64,000 bases of DNA, from positions 19,947-83,946 of the forward strand of contig JAUSGQ010000007.1 in NCBI GenBank assembly GCA_030674455.1. The letters are read 5' to 3'. The notes beneath the pieces are model-generated. The model had not been told where the DNA came from and searched no databases. It saw nothing but the letters and a program-made list of their open reading frames with translations. The first letter of the stretch is position 1; every line of letters begins with the position of its first letter. The position numbers and the translations under genes were made by a program. Shown one piece after another: positions 39,296 to 49,459 of this stretch. Origin of the DNA: a bacterium (GTDB lineage: Bacteria > Patescibacteriota > Minisyncoccia > Phycocordibacterales > UBA2100).

Positions 39296-39745
39296 CTATC
39301 CTATAGTTTTGTGAGATTCTCGCTTTCTGTAATTTTCCCACCATAGTGCACATTCAAGAAACTCTTCCGGATCCTTATTTGCGTCAACATTTTCGTTATC
39401 CCAGTCAGTCAACTTTTGAATGGCAGCAATCGCCTTTTGGTCGACGGCATCACCCACATTTGGCTCGATTGGGGGAGTATTTGTGACTACACGTATCTTC
39501 TCCATTCTTAGTCGTACTTCATCATTTGATCCATACTTGCTTATGATCGCTTTTGCGTTTCGATCCGCCTGCTGTTCTAACCTCCGTTTGTCCATCTCTC
39601 GTGTCCTCAGATTCGTCATAAATCCCTCTACATCTCGTTTGTGCGCAACAACATTTCTAACTTCTCGAGTATGCACTATTCTATTTCTGGGGAATTGGAC
39701 CACTTTGCCCGGCTTATCTTTGTTGTCGCTGCCGCTTTCAATCAT
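39296..39745 (-). CDS. Orphan hypothetical protein
   Basis: 149-aa ORF; TGATATAGT 6 nt before ATG. Confidence 0.65.
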   Translation of the reverse strand: MIESGSDNKDKPGKVVQFPRNRIVHTREVRNVVAHKRDVEGFMTNLRTREMDKRRLEQQADRNAKAIISKYGSNDEVRLRMEKIRVVTNTPPIEPNVGDAVDQKAIAAIQKLTDWDNENVDANKDPEEFLECALWWENYRKRESHKTIG

Positions 39746-39785
39746 GTTAGTACTATATCACTTTCCACGCTCGCGAGTATGTTTA

Positions 39786-40265
39786 CTACAATAATGATTC
39801 AATCACCTCTTTTACAACAGTCCCATCCGTCTGTCCTTTCAACTCTTTCATAACCGCGCCGACGAGCTTACCCCTAAACGCGGCGTTTTGCGTCGCGTCG
39901 GGCGAACCGCCTTCGGCGGTTTTAGCCATTTTCTCTTTGACTTGTTTTGCAACCACCTCAATTTGCTCGCGCGACATCTGAGCCGGCATATATTCCTCGA
40001 GTATTTTCATTTCCGCTTCTTCTTTCTGCGCTAAGTCTTCGCGGTTGCCCGCTTTGAATTGCTGAATAGAGTCTTTGCGCTGTTTAACCGCACGCTTGAT
40101 TACATTAAGTGCGTCCGCATCCGCAATCTGCTCTTGCGGCTTAATGCCTTTTGAGACCAGTTCGTTCGTGAAAGCTGATAGCAACCCGCGCAAAGTGTTC
40201 ATTTTTAGCGAGTCCTTTGCCCTCATCGCATCGGTCAATTCCTCGCGTATTTTTGCACTCAACAT
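39786..40265 (-). CDS. GatB/YqeY domain protein
   Basis: AMRAKD, KQRKDSI.QF..GNREDL..KE, MKELKG..DG..V. Confidence 0.9.
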   Translation of the reverse strand: MLSAKIREELTDAMRAKDSLKMNTLRGLLSAFTNELVSKGIKPQEQIADADALNVIKRAVKQRKDSIQQFKAGNREDLAQKEEAEMKILEEYMPAQMSREQIEVVAKQVKEKMAKTAEGGSPDATQNAAFRGKLVGAVMKELKGQTDGTVVKEVIESLL

Positions 40266-40310
40266 ATACGCGAATTATAACAAAATCAGACCGTGGTACA
40301 ATGCTGAAAT

Positions 40311-41444
40311 ATGGAATGGTCTATTTTTGTAACCCCAGGAGCGCTTGTTCTGTTTTTCGTACTTCTTTACGTAAAGCGTCGCGCAATTGCAGACTATTTT
40401 ATTGTTGTATCTCAAAAAGCGGTTGATGAAAGTCTCAAGGTAGCGGAACAAAGAACTAGAGAGGTCATGAAAGATGAAAGGGAAAGAATTACTGAATTAG
40501 TAGAGGCGCGCATGAAGCTTAACGATCAATCACTAGAAGCAAAAAAAGATTTAATACTTGAAAGCGTTAAGAATATGCGCGAGGAAATTAATCGTAGTCA
40601 GGACAGGCTTGTTAAGACTGACGAGAAGAGAGTCACGGAATTTGAGAATCTACGAACTCTGATGTCAGAGCAGAAGGCCGTCACTCAGTCGCTGCAGTTG
40701 ACAACTGATAACCTAAGGCGAGTGCTTTCGAATAACCAGATGCGCGGTTCATTCGGGCAGGAAGTGGCTGAGGATCTTTTAAAAATGGCAGGCTTTGTTA
40801 AGGGTCAAAATTACTCCTCACAGGAACAACAAGGTTCTGGCAATAAGCCGGATTTCACGATTTTACTTCCCGATGGAACCAAGGTGAATATTGACGTAAA
40901 ATTCCCGTTCCAAGCTCTTCAGCGACTCCAAGAAACAGAAGATAAAGAACAACAAAAACAATATCTTGCGGAATTTAAGGGAGCCATAAAAACCAAGATG
41001 AAAGAAGTTACGACGCGTGATTATATAAATCCTGAGGAAAATACGGTTGACTTTGTAATAATGTTCATCCCAAATGAAATGATTTTTAGTTTCATTTATG
41101 AGAAATTTGACGATGTTTGGAGAGATGGGATGAAAAGCAAAGTTGTCATGTGCGGCCCTTTTGGATTTGTTGCCATTTTACGAATGATTCAGCAGTCGTA
41201 TGAGAATTTTAAGTATCAGAAAGATTTACATAACATAATTGCGCAAATTAAGATATTTGAGACTGAATATATAAAATTTAGTGAATCACTTGATACTCTG
41301 GGCGATAAAATTTTATTGGTTGATAAACAATACCAAGTAGTTTCTGGTGTGCGTGACCGGCAACTAACGAAAGTGATCGATAAAATTCGCTCAGGTGGAA
41401 CTGTTTTAAACGAACCAGTATTAAAGATTAGCTCTAAGGACTAG
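40311..41444 (+). CDS. rmuC: DNA recombination protein RmuC
   Basis: TM and coiled coil, RGSFGQ, KPDF..LPDG..IDVKFP, DFVIMFIPNE. Confidence 0.9.
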   Translation: MEWSIFVTPGALVLFFVLLYVKRRAIADYFIVVSQKAVDESLKVAEQRTREVMKDERERITELVEARMKLNDQSLEAKKDLILESVKNMREEINRSQDRLVKTDEKRVTEFENLRTLMSEQKAVTQSLQLTTDNLRRVLSNNQMRGSFGQEVAEDLLKMAGFVKGQNYSSQEQQGSGNKPDFTILLPDGTKVNIDVKFPFQALQRLQETEDKEQQKQYLAEFKGAIKTKMKEVTTRDYINPEENTVDFVIMFIPNEMIFSFIYEKFDDVWRDGMKSKVVMCGPFGFVAILRMIQQSYENFKYQKDLHNIIAQIKIFETEYIKFSESLDTLGDKILLVDKQYQVVSGVRDRQLTKVIDKIRSGGTVLNEPVLKISSKD

Positions 41445-41512
41445 AGAAGCACAGCTTGAGGACTAGACTAGACCTTGCTGTGATGTTCAGCGTGGGTTAT
41501 AGTGTTCGCTTC

Positions 41513-41824
41513 ATGGCAAAGATAGCTATCATAGAGACAGGAGGGAAGCAGTACCTGGTCACCCAGGATTCTGTTTTGAATGTTGAAAAGCTTCCCGCAA
41601 CTGACGGTAAAATCACTTTTGATAAGGTGTTGCTTGTGGATGACGGAAAAGAAACCACGGTTGGCGCACCATATATCGCCGGCGCAGTAGTCTCCGCGGA
41701 GCATGTTGCAGAAGGAAGAAACCCGACAGTTACCGTAATCAAATACCGCCAAAAGAGCCGATATTTCAAAAAGAGGGGACACAGACAGCCATTCACGAAA
41801 GTAAGAATCACCGCCCTGCCGTAG
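41513..41824 (+). CDS. rplU: 50S ribosomal protein L21
   Basis: AIIETGGKQY, VGAPY, GHRQPFT. Confidence 0.97.
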   Translation: MAKIAIIETGGKQYLVTQDSVLNVEKLPATDGKITFDKVLLVDDGKETTVGAPYIAGAVVSAEHVAEGRNPTVTVIKYRQKSRYFKKRGHRQPFTKVRITALP

Positions 41825-41890
41825 GGCGGTTTTCTTATCCCAATCGATTGAGATGACATCTCAATCCGATGAGGTTTAACCTCATAGATT

Positions 41891-42496
41891 CTAACGTCTG
41901 GAATCGAGAGCGCTTTTTATTGTGTCGGGGTCGGCGTATTCAATTTCGCTACCGGTGGAAAGGCCTCTGCCGAGCGATGTAACTCTCAATGAATGGCCCT
42001 TTGCAAGGGATTCCAATTCCTCTTTAAGCCGGATGGATGTGGCATCACCTTCGGGATTGGCAGGAAATGCCAAAATTATTTCTTTTAATCCGCCTTTGGC
42101 CAATTTTGGAACATACGCAATTAGCTCGCGCAGTCGCAAACCACTAAGTACTTCCGATGCGAGCGACACCGTTCCACCGAATACGAAATATTTTCCACGA
42201 TACGTTCCACTTCGCTCAATGGCCAAAAGGTCAGTATCGTTCGCTACAACGGCAAGCAGAGTGCTGTCGCGCTCCAGGTTTTCGCATATCGAGCATATCG
42301 CACGCTTACCCGAGTGATATCGCATGCACTCCAAACACTGGTGAACGGCGGCGCTTAGACTTTCAATAGCCGCCGCGAGTTCAGCGCGCGTCCTTTGCGA
42401 ACTACGCAGAAGAAACTGAACAAACCTGCCGGCTTGCCGCGGGCCGATGCCGGGGAATTTCTCGAATATTGATGACAGTTTTTCAATGGAATCCAT
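41891..42496 (-). CDS. recR: Recombination protein RecR
   Basis: FPGIGPRQA, C4 zinc finger, TOPRIM NPEGDAT, EIEYAD. Confidence 0.95.
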   Translation of the reverse strand: MDSIEKLSSIFEKFPGIGPRQAGRFVQFLLRSSQRTRAELAAAIESLSAAVHQCLECMRYHSGKRAICSICENLERDSTLLAVVANDTDLLAIERSGTYRGKYFVFGGTVSLASEVLSGLRLRELIAYVPKLAKGGLKEIILAFPANPEGDATSIRLKEELESLAKGHSLRVTSLGRGLSTGSEIEYADPDTIKSALDSRR

Positions 42497-42499
42497 ATT

Positions 42500-42600
42500 G
42501 TCCCAATCTACGAATCATCCGAATACTACAAATGACTGCAAATACTCGCATTTCTTATTCGTAGACATTTGTAGATTGGAATCCATTTGTAGATTGGCAC
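42500..42600. mobile_element. 101-bp foldback element, copy 2
   Basis: gtcccaatct...agattggcac between the dnaB stop and the recR start. Confidence 0.85.
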
Positions 42601-42601
42601 T

Positions 42602-43990
42602 TCAAAACGGTGAATCTTCTTCACCGACTTTTGCCTCGGTCGCAAAATCTCCAAAATCGCTCTTTTCTATCGGAAGAAAAGTGGTTTTGGCCTCATCAAA
42701 CCGCAGGTCGATTTTACCCACGGGGCCGTTGCGGTGCTTCTCTATCATGATTTCTGCAATGCCCGGCCTGTCTGAATTCTCGTTCATTTTGTCGTCGCGG
42801 TGTATGAACATGACGACATCCGCGTCTTGCTCCAGAGCGCCCGAGTCGCGAAGGTCGGAGAGGCGCGGTTTTCCTCGCCGACTCTCCACCGCACGCGAAA
42901 GCTGGGAAAGCGCAAGAACCGGCACGTCTAGCTCGCGCGCCATTGCTTTAAGTGAGCGGGATATTTCCGTTATCTGCTGGACCATTGAATCTCCTCCGCG
43001 CGCGTGAAGGGGAGTTATAAGCTGAAGATAATCAATTACGACGAGACCAAGACCTTTTTCCATCTTTAGCCGGCGGGCGACAGAACGCATCGAGAGAACC
43101 GTACTGCTTGGCCTGTCATCAATGTATATAGGCGCTTCGGATAGAACACTGAGTCCCGCCTGCAGCCGCTCGTATTCCGCGTCTTTTGAAATCTTGCCGG
43201 TGCGCAAGCGCCACGCATCAACTCCCGCCTGAGCCGCGAGCATTCTGTCTACGAGCTGTTGGGAACTCATTTCCAAAGAGAAGATGCCGACAGCCGTTCC
43301 ATGCTTAGTCGCTGTCTGGCGAGCTATGTCCAAAGCAAGCGCAGTCTTTCCCATTGAAGGTCTCGCCGCGAGAATGATGAGGTCTGATTTTTGGAAGCCA
43401 GCGAGAATATTATCTAGCTGGGGAAAACCGGTGGGAACGCCTCGTATCGTGCCGCCGTGTTTCTGAAGATGCTCCAACCGTTCCCACGCTTCCGACAACT
43501 CGTCTTTGAGCGCCGAAAAAGATTGCAGCATCGGCGAATTAGCAACTCTAAAAACTGCGGCCTGCGCCTCATCTAAGATTTCTTCTATTTCGCGGTCTTC
43601 CTGAAAGCCAAGCTCTCCAATCGTTGAGGCGGCATTTATGAGTGAGCGAAGAATAAATTTCGTCTGTACAACGTGCGCGTAATGCTGGGCGCTCCCGGGG
43701 CTCGCCGCGGCTCCCGTTAATTCCGAAAGGTACGCCGCACCGCCTATGTCCGCGAGTTGCTTTCGTTCTTTGAGCTTGCCGGAAACTGTAACTACATCAA
43801 TGGGTTCGCCTTTAGAGTAAAGAGCCATCATTGATTCATAGATGACGCGATGCTTACCGGCATAAAACGAGTCCGCGATTACAATGTCCGCGACCTCGTA
43901 CATCGCGTTCTGGTTCATCATGAGCGCCCCGAGGAGTGCGCGCTCTGTTTCAACATCTTGCGGCGGAACTCTCGGAGTATTCACTGACAT
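42602..43990 (-). CDS. dnaB: Replicative DNA helicase
   Basis: AARPSMGKT, FSLEMS, IDYLQL, LSDLRDSGALEQDAD, KHRNGP. Confidence 0.98.
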   Translation of the reverse strand: MSVNTPRVPPQDVETERALLGALMMNQNAMYEVADIVIADSFYAGKHRVIYESMMALYSKGEPIDVVTVSGKLKERKQLADIGGAAYLSELTGAAASPGSAQHYAHVVQTKFILRSLINAASTIGELGFQEDREIEEILDEAQAAVFRVANSPMLQSFSALKDELSEAWERLEHLQKHGGTIRGVPTGFPQLDNILAGFQKSDLIILAARPSMGKTALALDIARQTATKHGTAVGIFSLEMSSQQLVDRMLAAQAGVDAWRLRTGKISKDAEYERLQAGLSVLSEAPIYIDDRPSSTVLSMRSVARRLKMEKGLGLVVIDYLQLITPLHARGGDSMVQQITEISRSLKAMARELDVPVLALSQLSRAVESRRGKPRLSDLRDSGALEQDADVVMFIHRDDKMNENSDRPGIAEIMIEKHRNGPVGKIDLRFDEAKTTFLPIEKSDFGDFATEAKVGEEDSPF

Positions 43991-44088
43991 TTCGCGATTC
44001 TATCACGGCACGCATTTATAAATACTATGGAATCAACTTCAATTCTGTGTTCTACATGGGGAAAACTATCTAGGTGGTAAACTTTACT

Positions 44089-44198
44089 CGTACCCCCAGT
44101 TTTAGAGAGAAAGCCATGCATTTTTGACGGTGCGGGTTTATCTTCCCTTCTACAGGTGCCTATCATGACCGATAGGCCGTCAAAAATGCATGGCTTTT
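44089..44198 (+). ncRNA. Candidate small structured RNA
   Basis: TGGTAAACT upstream; perfect 21-bp stem 44110-44130/44177-44197 enclosing UCUUCCCUUCU and a CCUAUC/GAUAGG hairpin. Confidence 0.45.
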
Positions 44199-44456
44199 GA
44201 AAGTTCGTGTTGCCATAAGGTTGACGTTATGGTATTGTTCTGTTATTGTCACGGTGTAAGCGAGTCACAGCAAAACATAATCCCTAAAATAGTCAAATAA
44301 ATCAACCCAAAAGCAACTTTATGCCCGGTAGGACAATTTCGAATCGCATTGTATGAACAATCAACATCACAGTAAGCAAATATTGACGGGTCGGTTTTTA
44401 CATATGTACACAGGTACAACTACTGCAGAAATTATTCGAAATTGTACTAACCGGGT

Positions 44457-45476
44457 ATGATCACATTTTCGCCGCGAGCAGTATCAAAGGATCTATTGTC
44501 TGAACTTCAGGACCGTTCTCGGCACGTTCTTATAGAGCGATTCGGCCTCGGCCCCAAGGGCATCTCAAGGACACTCGATTCGATCGGCCAAGAATACGGC
44601 ATCACGCGCGAACGCATTCGCCAGATAGAAAACCACGCTGTCGCGCAGGTACGAGAATCATCGAAATACGCCGAGCACACTGCGCACCTTAACGATCTAA
44701 AAACCGCGATTCACAACCTGGGCGCGGTTCTTTCGAACCAAACCATACTTTCGAACATTGCGGATGAAAAAGACCGCAATCATGTTGTATTCCTGCTTAC
44801 CGTCGGCCATCATTTCACAGACCGCCGCGAGAACAACGACTTTTATGCGCGATGGCACACCGACGAACAGCTGGCGGACCAAGTGGAGCGGGCGCTTACG
44901 AGCTTGGCCAGCTCGATCGAACCAGACAAGCTGACGCCGGAAGAAGAGTTTTTACAGATTTTTGCAAAGGCACTCAAACAGGAAGGAATTAAGAATCGCC
45001 CGAATGAAGTGCTGTCGAGATGGCTCGTCATATCAAAGCGCATAGGCCGCAATCCGCTTGGCGAATGGGGTAGGGCGGATTCTCCGCACGTGAGAATAAA
45101 GAACACGCGCGATTTTGCATACCTCACTTTGCGCCGCCACGGCTCGCCGATGCACTTCACAGAAGTTGCGAAGAACATCAGAGACCTTTTTGGCCGCGAA
45201 GCTCATCCCGCAACGACGCACAACGAGCTAATCAAAGACAACCGCTTCGTTTTGGTAGGCCGCGGATTGTATGCACTCAAAGAGTGGGGCTACCAGCCGG
45301 GCGTCGTTCGCGATGTCATCAAAGCCATTCTCGAACGCGAGGGAGCGCTCACGCGAGAAGAGATAGTTGAACGAGTACGGCGCGAACGCTATGTCAAAGA
45401 CGCGACTATTGCCGCCAATCTTCAGCACGGCATTTTCATTCGACTTTCGGATGGACGCCACTCTCTCGCGAAATAA
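44457..45476 (+). CDS. Sigma-70 region 4 plus HARE-HTH-like protein
   Basis: TLDSIG..YGITRERIRQIE; PMHFTEV..HNELIKDNRFVLVGRGLYALKEW. Confidence 0.8.
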   Translation: MITFSPRAVSKDLLSELQDRSRHVLIERFGLGPKGISRTLDSIGQEYGITRERIRQIENHAVAQVRESSKYAEHTAHLNDLKTAIHNLGAVLSNQTILSNIADEKDRNHVVFLLTVGHHFTDRRENNDFYARWHTDEQLADQVERALTSLASSIEPDKLTPEEEFLQIFAKALKQEGIKNRPNEVLSRWLVISKRIGRNPLGEWGRADSPHVRIKNTRDFAYLTLRRHGSPMHFTEVAKNIRDLFGREAHPATTHNELIKDNRFVLVGRGLYALKEWGYQPGVVRDVIKAILEREGALTREEIVERVRRERYVKDATIAANLQHGIFIRLSDGRHSLAK

Positions 45477-45585
45477 GATTTTGGGGTCCGACCGATATAA
45501 CGCTAGCAAATGCGGTCGCATTTGCTAGCGTTATAGATTGCATATCACTGCTGGGCAATGTTCTGGAAATGGTATAATTGTATAT

Positions 45586-46998
45586 ATGGCAGACACGCCC
45601 GTGCATGGTCCTCCTTCGGACGTAAAGAAGTTTTTTAACGCGATCAAATCCTTTGACTGGGATGAGTGGAACGATTATTTCTATTTTTGGGGAATTTCGC
45701 GATTTCTATATCACACAATAATTTTCTTCGGCTTATTGGGCATTCTGTCGCTACAAGTCCCAAATCTATTTCTTTTTGCAACAGGGTGGCTAATTGGAAC
45801 CGCACCCATTTGGCTTCCGATAGCCATGCTAATCGGATTCTACGAGATATGGTTCTGGTATGTCCGCTCGAATTTTATTTTTCATAAAAAACCGGTGCTG
45901 TTGGAGATGAGGATACCGCGCGAAATCACCAAATCTCCCCGAGCGATGGAAACAGCGCTCACGAATTTATGGGTGCCTCAAGGAGTCACGACGCTATACC
46001 AGCGAATGTTTAAAGGAATGGTTCTACCATGGTATTCGCTGGAAATGGCCTCCTTGGGGGGTGAAATTCACTTCTATATTTGGGTCTGGCAGGACTGGCG
46101 AAAGATAGTCGAGGCAACTCTCTATGCGGAATATCCTGAAATCGAACTGCATGAGGCGGAAGATTATGCACAAAAGTTTGTTTATAACCCAGAGACGCAG
46201 ACGTGCTACGGATGCGGGTGGCGGTTAGAACCGTATAATCCAAAAGTCAGATATATAGACGCGTACGTGATGAAAACATATATCGACTTGGAGCTCGATA
46301 AAGACCCAAAAGAGGAATTTAAAATTGACCCGCTTGCAGAAGTTCTGGAGGTTATGGGTTCCATGAACAAAGACCAGCAGATGTGGATACAGTTTCTGAT
46401 AACTCCGGAATTTAAATGGGGCAAACTTAGTCCAAAAGAAAGCGATTGGTCGGCTAGGGTTAAATGGGAAGTGGAGAAAATCCGCGCGACATCGCTCACG
46501 TTCTCTAAAGAGGCAGAGGCATTGCTCACAGAACGCCAGAGAATGCTCGCCCGCCCGAGGCCGACGTGGGTTCAGGAACATCAACTGGAGACCATGCAGA
46601 GAAATCTCGGCAAACATCCCTTTGCAGTGGTCCCGCGCGGGATTTTTATATCGCCGCACAAAGATTTCGGCGTGCGATTTTGGGACATGCGATGGATATG
46701 GCGGCCATTTGCAAATCCGCAGTACATGACACAAATGCGTAATCGCTGGTATCACACGGTAATGGATTATCCGTGGCAGGACTTTCACGATATGCGCTGG
46801 GAAATGCTTACCAAACGCTTTATTGATGCCTACAGGCGCAGGTCGGGCTTTTACAGCCCATGGGATTTTCCTCCGAATGTTATGACAACTGAATTACTCG
46901 CGACGTTCTATCATCCGCCAAGCAGTTCAATCAAAGTGCCGGGCCTAGTCCGCATTGAATCAAAGAAGTCTGCGCCACCGCCGAATCTTCCACAATAA
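45586..46998 (+). CDS. Conserved CPR-type membrane-anchored hypothetical protein
   Basis: LLEMRIPREITKSPRAME, YSLE, YPEIEL, DPL, ELLATFYHPP, PPPNLP. Confidence 0.7.
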   Translation: MADTPVHGPPSDVKKFFNAIKSFDWDEWNDYFYFWGISRFLYHTIIFFGLLGILSLQVPNLFLFATGWLIGTAPIWLPIAMLIGFYEIWFWYVRSNFIFHKKPVLLEMRIPREITKSPRAMETALTNLWVPQGVTTLYQRMFKGMVLPWYSLEMASLGGEIHFYIWVWQDWRKIVEATLYAEYPEIELHEAEDYAQKFVYNPETQTCYGCGWRLEPYNPKVRYIDAYVMKTYIDLELDKDPKEEFKIDPLAEVLEVMGSMNKDQQMWIQFLITPEFKWGKLSPKESDWSARVKWEVEKIRATSLTFSKEAEALLTERQRMLARPRPTWVQEHQLETMQRNLGKHPFAVVPRGIFISPHKDFGVRFWDMRWIWRPFANPQYMTQMRNRWYHTVMDYPWQDFHDMRWEMLTKRFIDAYRRRSGFYSPWDFPPNVMTTELLATFYHPPSSSIKVPGLVRIESKKSAPPPNLPQ

Positions 46999-47117
46999 GT
47001 CCCAATCTGCAAATATATTCCAATCAACGAATGAATCCCAATCTACAAATGGCTACGAATGGACAATGCTTACATTTGTAGTTATTCGTAGTATTCGTAT
47101 CATTTGTAGATTGGAAC
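46999..47117. mobile_element. Foldback element, copy 3 (119 bp, extra 18-bp unit)
   Basis: gtcccaatct...agattggaac. Confidence 0.85.
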
Positions 47118-47120
47118 TCT

Positions 47121-48152
47121 ATGGCTTCCTTTGAAAAATTCCTTGAACGCGCATTCGACGCATATGACCGCGTTTTGAATGATTTGTCGAATCGATGGCG
47201 GGAACACGCGAATCGCAGAACGATAATTACGCTCCTATCCGTCGGCACATTGGCGATAGTGTTATACCTGAACGTCATACGACCGCCGGACAACTTTCCG
47301 CTCGATACGCTCGTGACTATAGAAGATGGCGCGACGGTAAGCGATGCCGCCTCGGTGCTTGAGTCAAATCACGTTGTGCGTTCCGGAACGGCCTTGCGAT
47401 ATCTCATTATCCTGCTTGGTGACCAGAAAAATGTGCATGCAGGAGATTATCTTTTTAAAGAACCGCGCGATTTATTCAGCGTAGCGCGCGCTATTGTAAT
47501 CGGGGCATATGGACTGGAACCTCTGCGCATTCGCATTCCCGAGGGCGCGACGACAAAAGAAATGGCGCGCATTTTAGAAGCGCGGCTTCTGCGCTTCAAC
47601 GGCGATACATTTATCGCTGAAGCACAACCGCTGGAGGGATTCCTTTTTCCCGATACCTATTATTTTCTTCCGAACGCAAGCGAAGAACTTGTGATTCGAA
47701 CAATGCGTCAGACATTTGACACGCGGACATCGGAAATTGACGCACAAATCAAATCATTCGGAAAACCACTGAATGACGTCATTATAATGGCATCTCTTTT
47801 AGAGCGTGAGGCGCGCACATCAAAAGACAGAAGAATGATTGCCGGAGTTTTGTGGAATCGGTTGAACAAAGGCATGTTGCTCCAGGTTGACGCCGCTTTT
47901 CGCTACACCATCGGAAAGGGAACATACCAGCTGACGACAGAAGACCTCGCGAGCGATTCCCCCTACAACACGTATCGGAACCCAGGGTTGCCGCCGACAC
48001 CCATCGGTAGCCCAAGTCTTGATTCCATCCTGGCGGCCGTTACTCCCCTCAAGCATAACTATTTATATTACCTTGCCGATAGAAGCGGAGTTACTCACTA
48101 CAGCAAGACATACGCCGAACATTTGCGATATAAGCGAAAATATATAGACTAA
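47121..48152 (+). CDS. mltG: Endolytic transglycosylase MltG
   Basis: IPEG, LEGFLFPDTY, ASLLERE, LQVDA, SPYNTY..GLPPTPI. Confidence 0.95.
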   Translation: MASFEKFLERAFDAYDRVLNDLSNRWREHANRRTIITLLSVGTLAIVLYLNVIRPPDNFPLDTLVTIEDGATVSDAASVLESNHVVRSGTALRYLIILLGDQKNVHAGDYLFKEPRDLFSVARAIVIGAYGLEPLRIRIPEGATTKEMARILEARLLRFNGDTFIAEAQPLEGFLFPDTYYFLPNASEELVIRTMRQTFDTRTSEIDAQIKSFGKPLNDVIIMASLLEREARTSKDRRMIAGVLWNRLNKGMLLQVDAAFRYTIGKGTYQLTTEDLASDSPYNTYRNPGLPPTPIGSPSLDSILAAVTPLKHNYLYYLADRSGVTHYSKTYAEHLRYKRKYID

Positions 48153-48153
48153 A

Positions 48154-48254
48154 GTGCCAATCTGCGAATGATACGAATACTACGAATGGCTACAAATGTG
48201 AGTGTTGATTATTCGTAGTTATTTGTAGATTGGAATATATTCGTAGATTGGTAC
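48154..48254. mobile_element. 101-bp foldback element, copy 4
   Basis: gtgccaatct...agattggtac. Confidence 0.85.
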
Positions 48255-48273
48255 TTGTTAGATTGGAACATGT

Positions 48274-49392
48274 ATGTCAAAAACAGTTTTCGTTGGTTTG
48301 TCGGGTGGCGTCGATTCCGCCGTTTCGGCTGCGCTGCTTAAAGAGCAAGGCTATAACGTCGCTGGCGTATTCATAAAAATCTGGCAACCTGAATTTATAG
48401 AATGCACGTGGGCGAAAGACCGTCTGGACGCGATGCGCGTTTGCGTTTCGCTCGGAATCCCGTTCCAGGAAATAGACCTTTCATCTGATTACAAACGCAC
48501 GGTTGTGGACGACATGATCTCCGCATATTCGCGCGGCATCACTCCAAATCCGGATGTCCTGTGCAATAGACACATAAAATTCGGCAGTTTTATGAACTAT
48601 GCGCGCAAAGAGGGTGCGGATTATATTGCGACGGGACATTACGCCCGTGTCGCCTTAGGCGACCGCAGATTTACGCAGAAAGAACCCAAAAACGTATACA
48701 AATTATTAAGAGGGTCAGATAACAATAAAGACCAGTCATACTTCTTGTACTTATTGAAACAGGATGACCTTGTGCATACGCTATTCCCCGTGGGAAATCT
48801 TTTAAAGTCAGAGGTAAGGAAGCTTGCAGCTAAGTTTTCTCTTCCTGTTGCAGAAAAATCCGATAGCCAAGGATTGTGCTTTGTCGGCGATGTGACGATG
48901 AAGGATTTTCTCTCGAGATATATGAAACTCGACGAAGGAAAAGTCATAGATACAAATGGCACATGCATAGGCAGTCACGAAGGAGCTGCGCTTTATACGA
49001 TAGGACAACGACACGGATTCACAACCGAGCGCCTTGCGGGTGACAGAACCCCGTACTATGTCGTCTCTGTTAATATTCCCGCGAATACAATAACTGTTTC
49101 CACAAGGCGCGACGACGCAACGCAAAAAGATATACGCATCGACTCAATGCATTGGATATCGGGCGCTCCGGAAATGCCGTTGCGCGCACAAACACAGGCG
49201 AGATATAGAGAAAAACCGAGCGAAGCAACAATTTCTGTAGAGGGTGGAGGTGTGAGCGTTGCTTTTGATGAGCCGCAAATTGCCGCGGCCGGGCAATCGA
49301 TCGTTGTGTATAACGACGACACATGTTTAGGCGGAGGCACCATAGAGTACCAATCTACGAATGAATTCCAATCTACAAATAACTACGAATAA
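48274..49392 (+). CDS. mnmA: tRNA 2-thiouridylase
   Basis: SGGVDS, PNPDVLCN, ATGHY, KDQSYFL, DSQGLCF. Confidence 0.97.
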   Translation: MSKTVFVGLSGGVDSAVSAALLKEQGYNVAGVFIKIWQPEFIECTWAKDRLDAMRVCVSLGIPFQEIDLSSDYKRTVVDDMISAYSRGITPNPDVLCNRHIKFGSFMNYARKEGADYIATGHYARVALGDRRFTQKEPKNVYKLLRGSDNNKDQSYFLYLLKQDDLVHTLFPVGNLLKSEVRKLAAKFSLPVAEKSDSQGLCFVGDVTMKDFLSRYMKLDEGKVIDTNGTCIGSHEGAALYTIGQRHGFTTERLAGDRTPYYVVSVNIPANTITVSTRRDDATQKDIRIDSMHWISGAPEMPLRAQTQARYREKPSEATISVEGGGVSVAFDEPQIAAAGQSIVVYNDDTCLGGGTIEYQSTNEFQSTNNYE

Positions 49393-49447
49393 TCATTTCT
49401 CCACATTTGTAGCCATTCGTAGTATTCGTGCATTCGTAGATTGGGAC
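49347..49447. mobile_element. 101-bp foldback element, copy 5; supplies the mnmA C-terminus and stop
   Basis: gtaccaatct...agattgggac; encodes YQSTNEFQSTNNYE*. Confidence 0.85.
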
Positions 49448-49459
49448 TATACTATTTAA

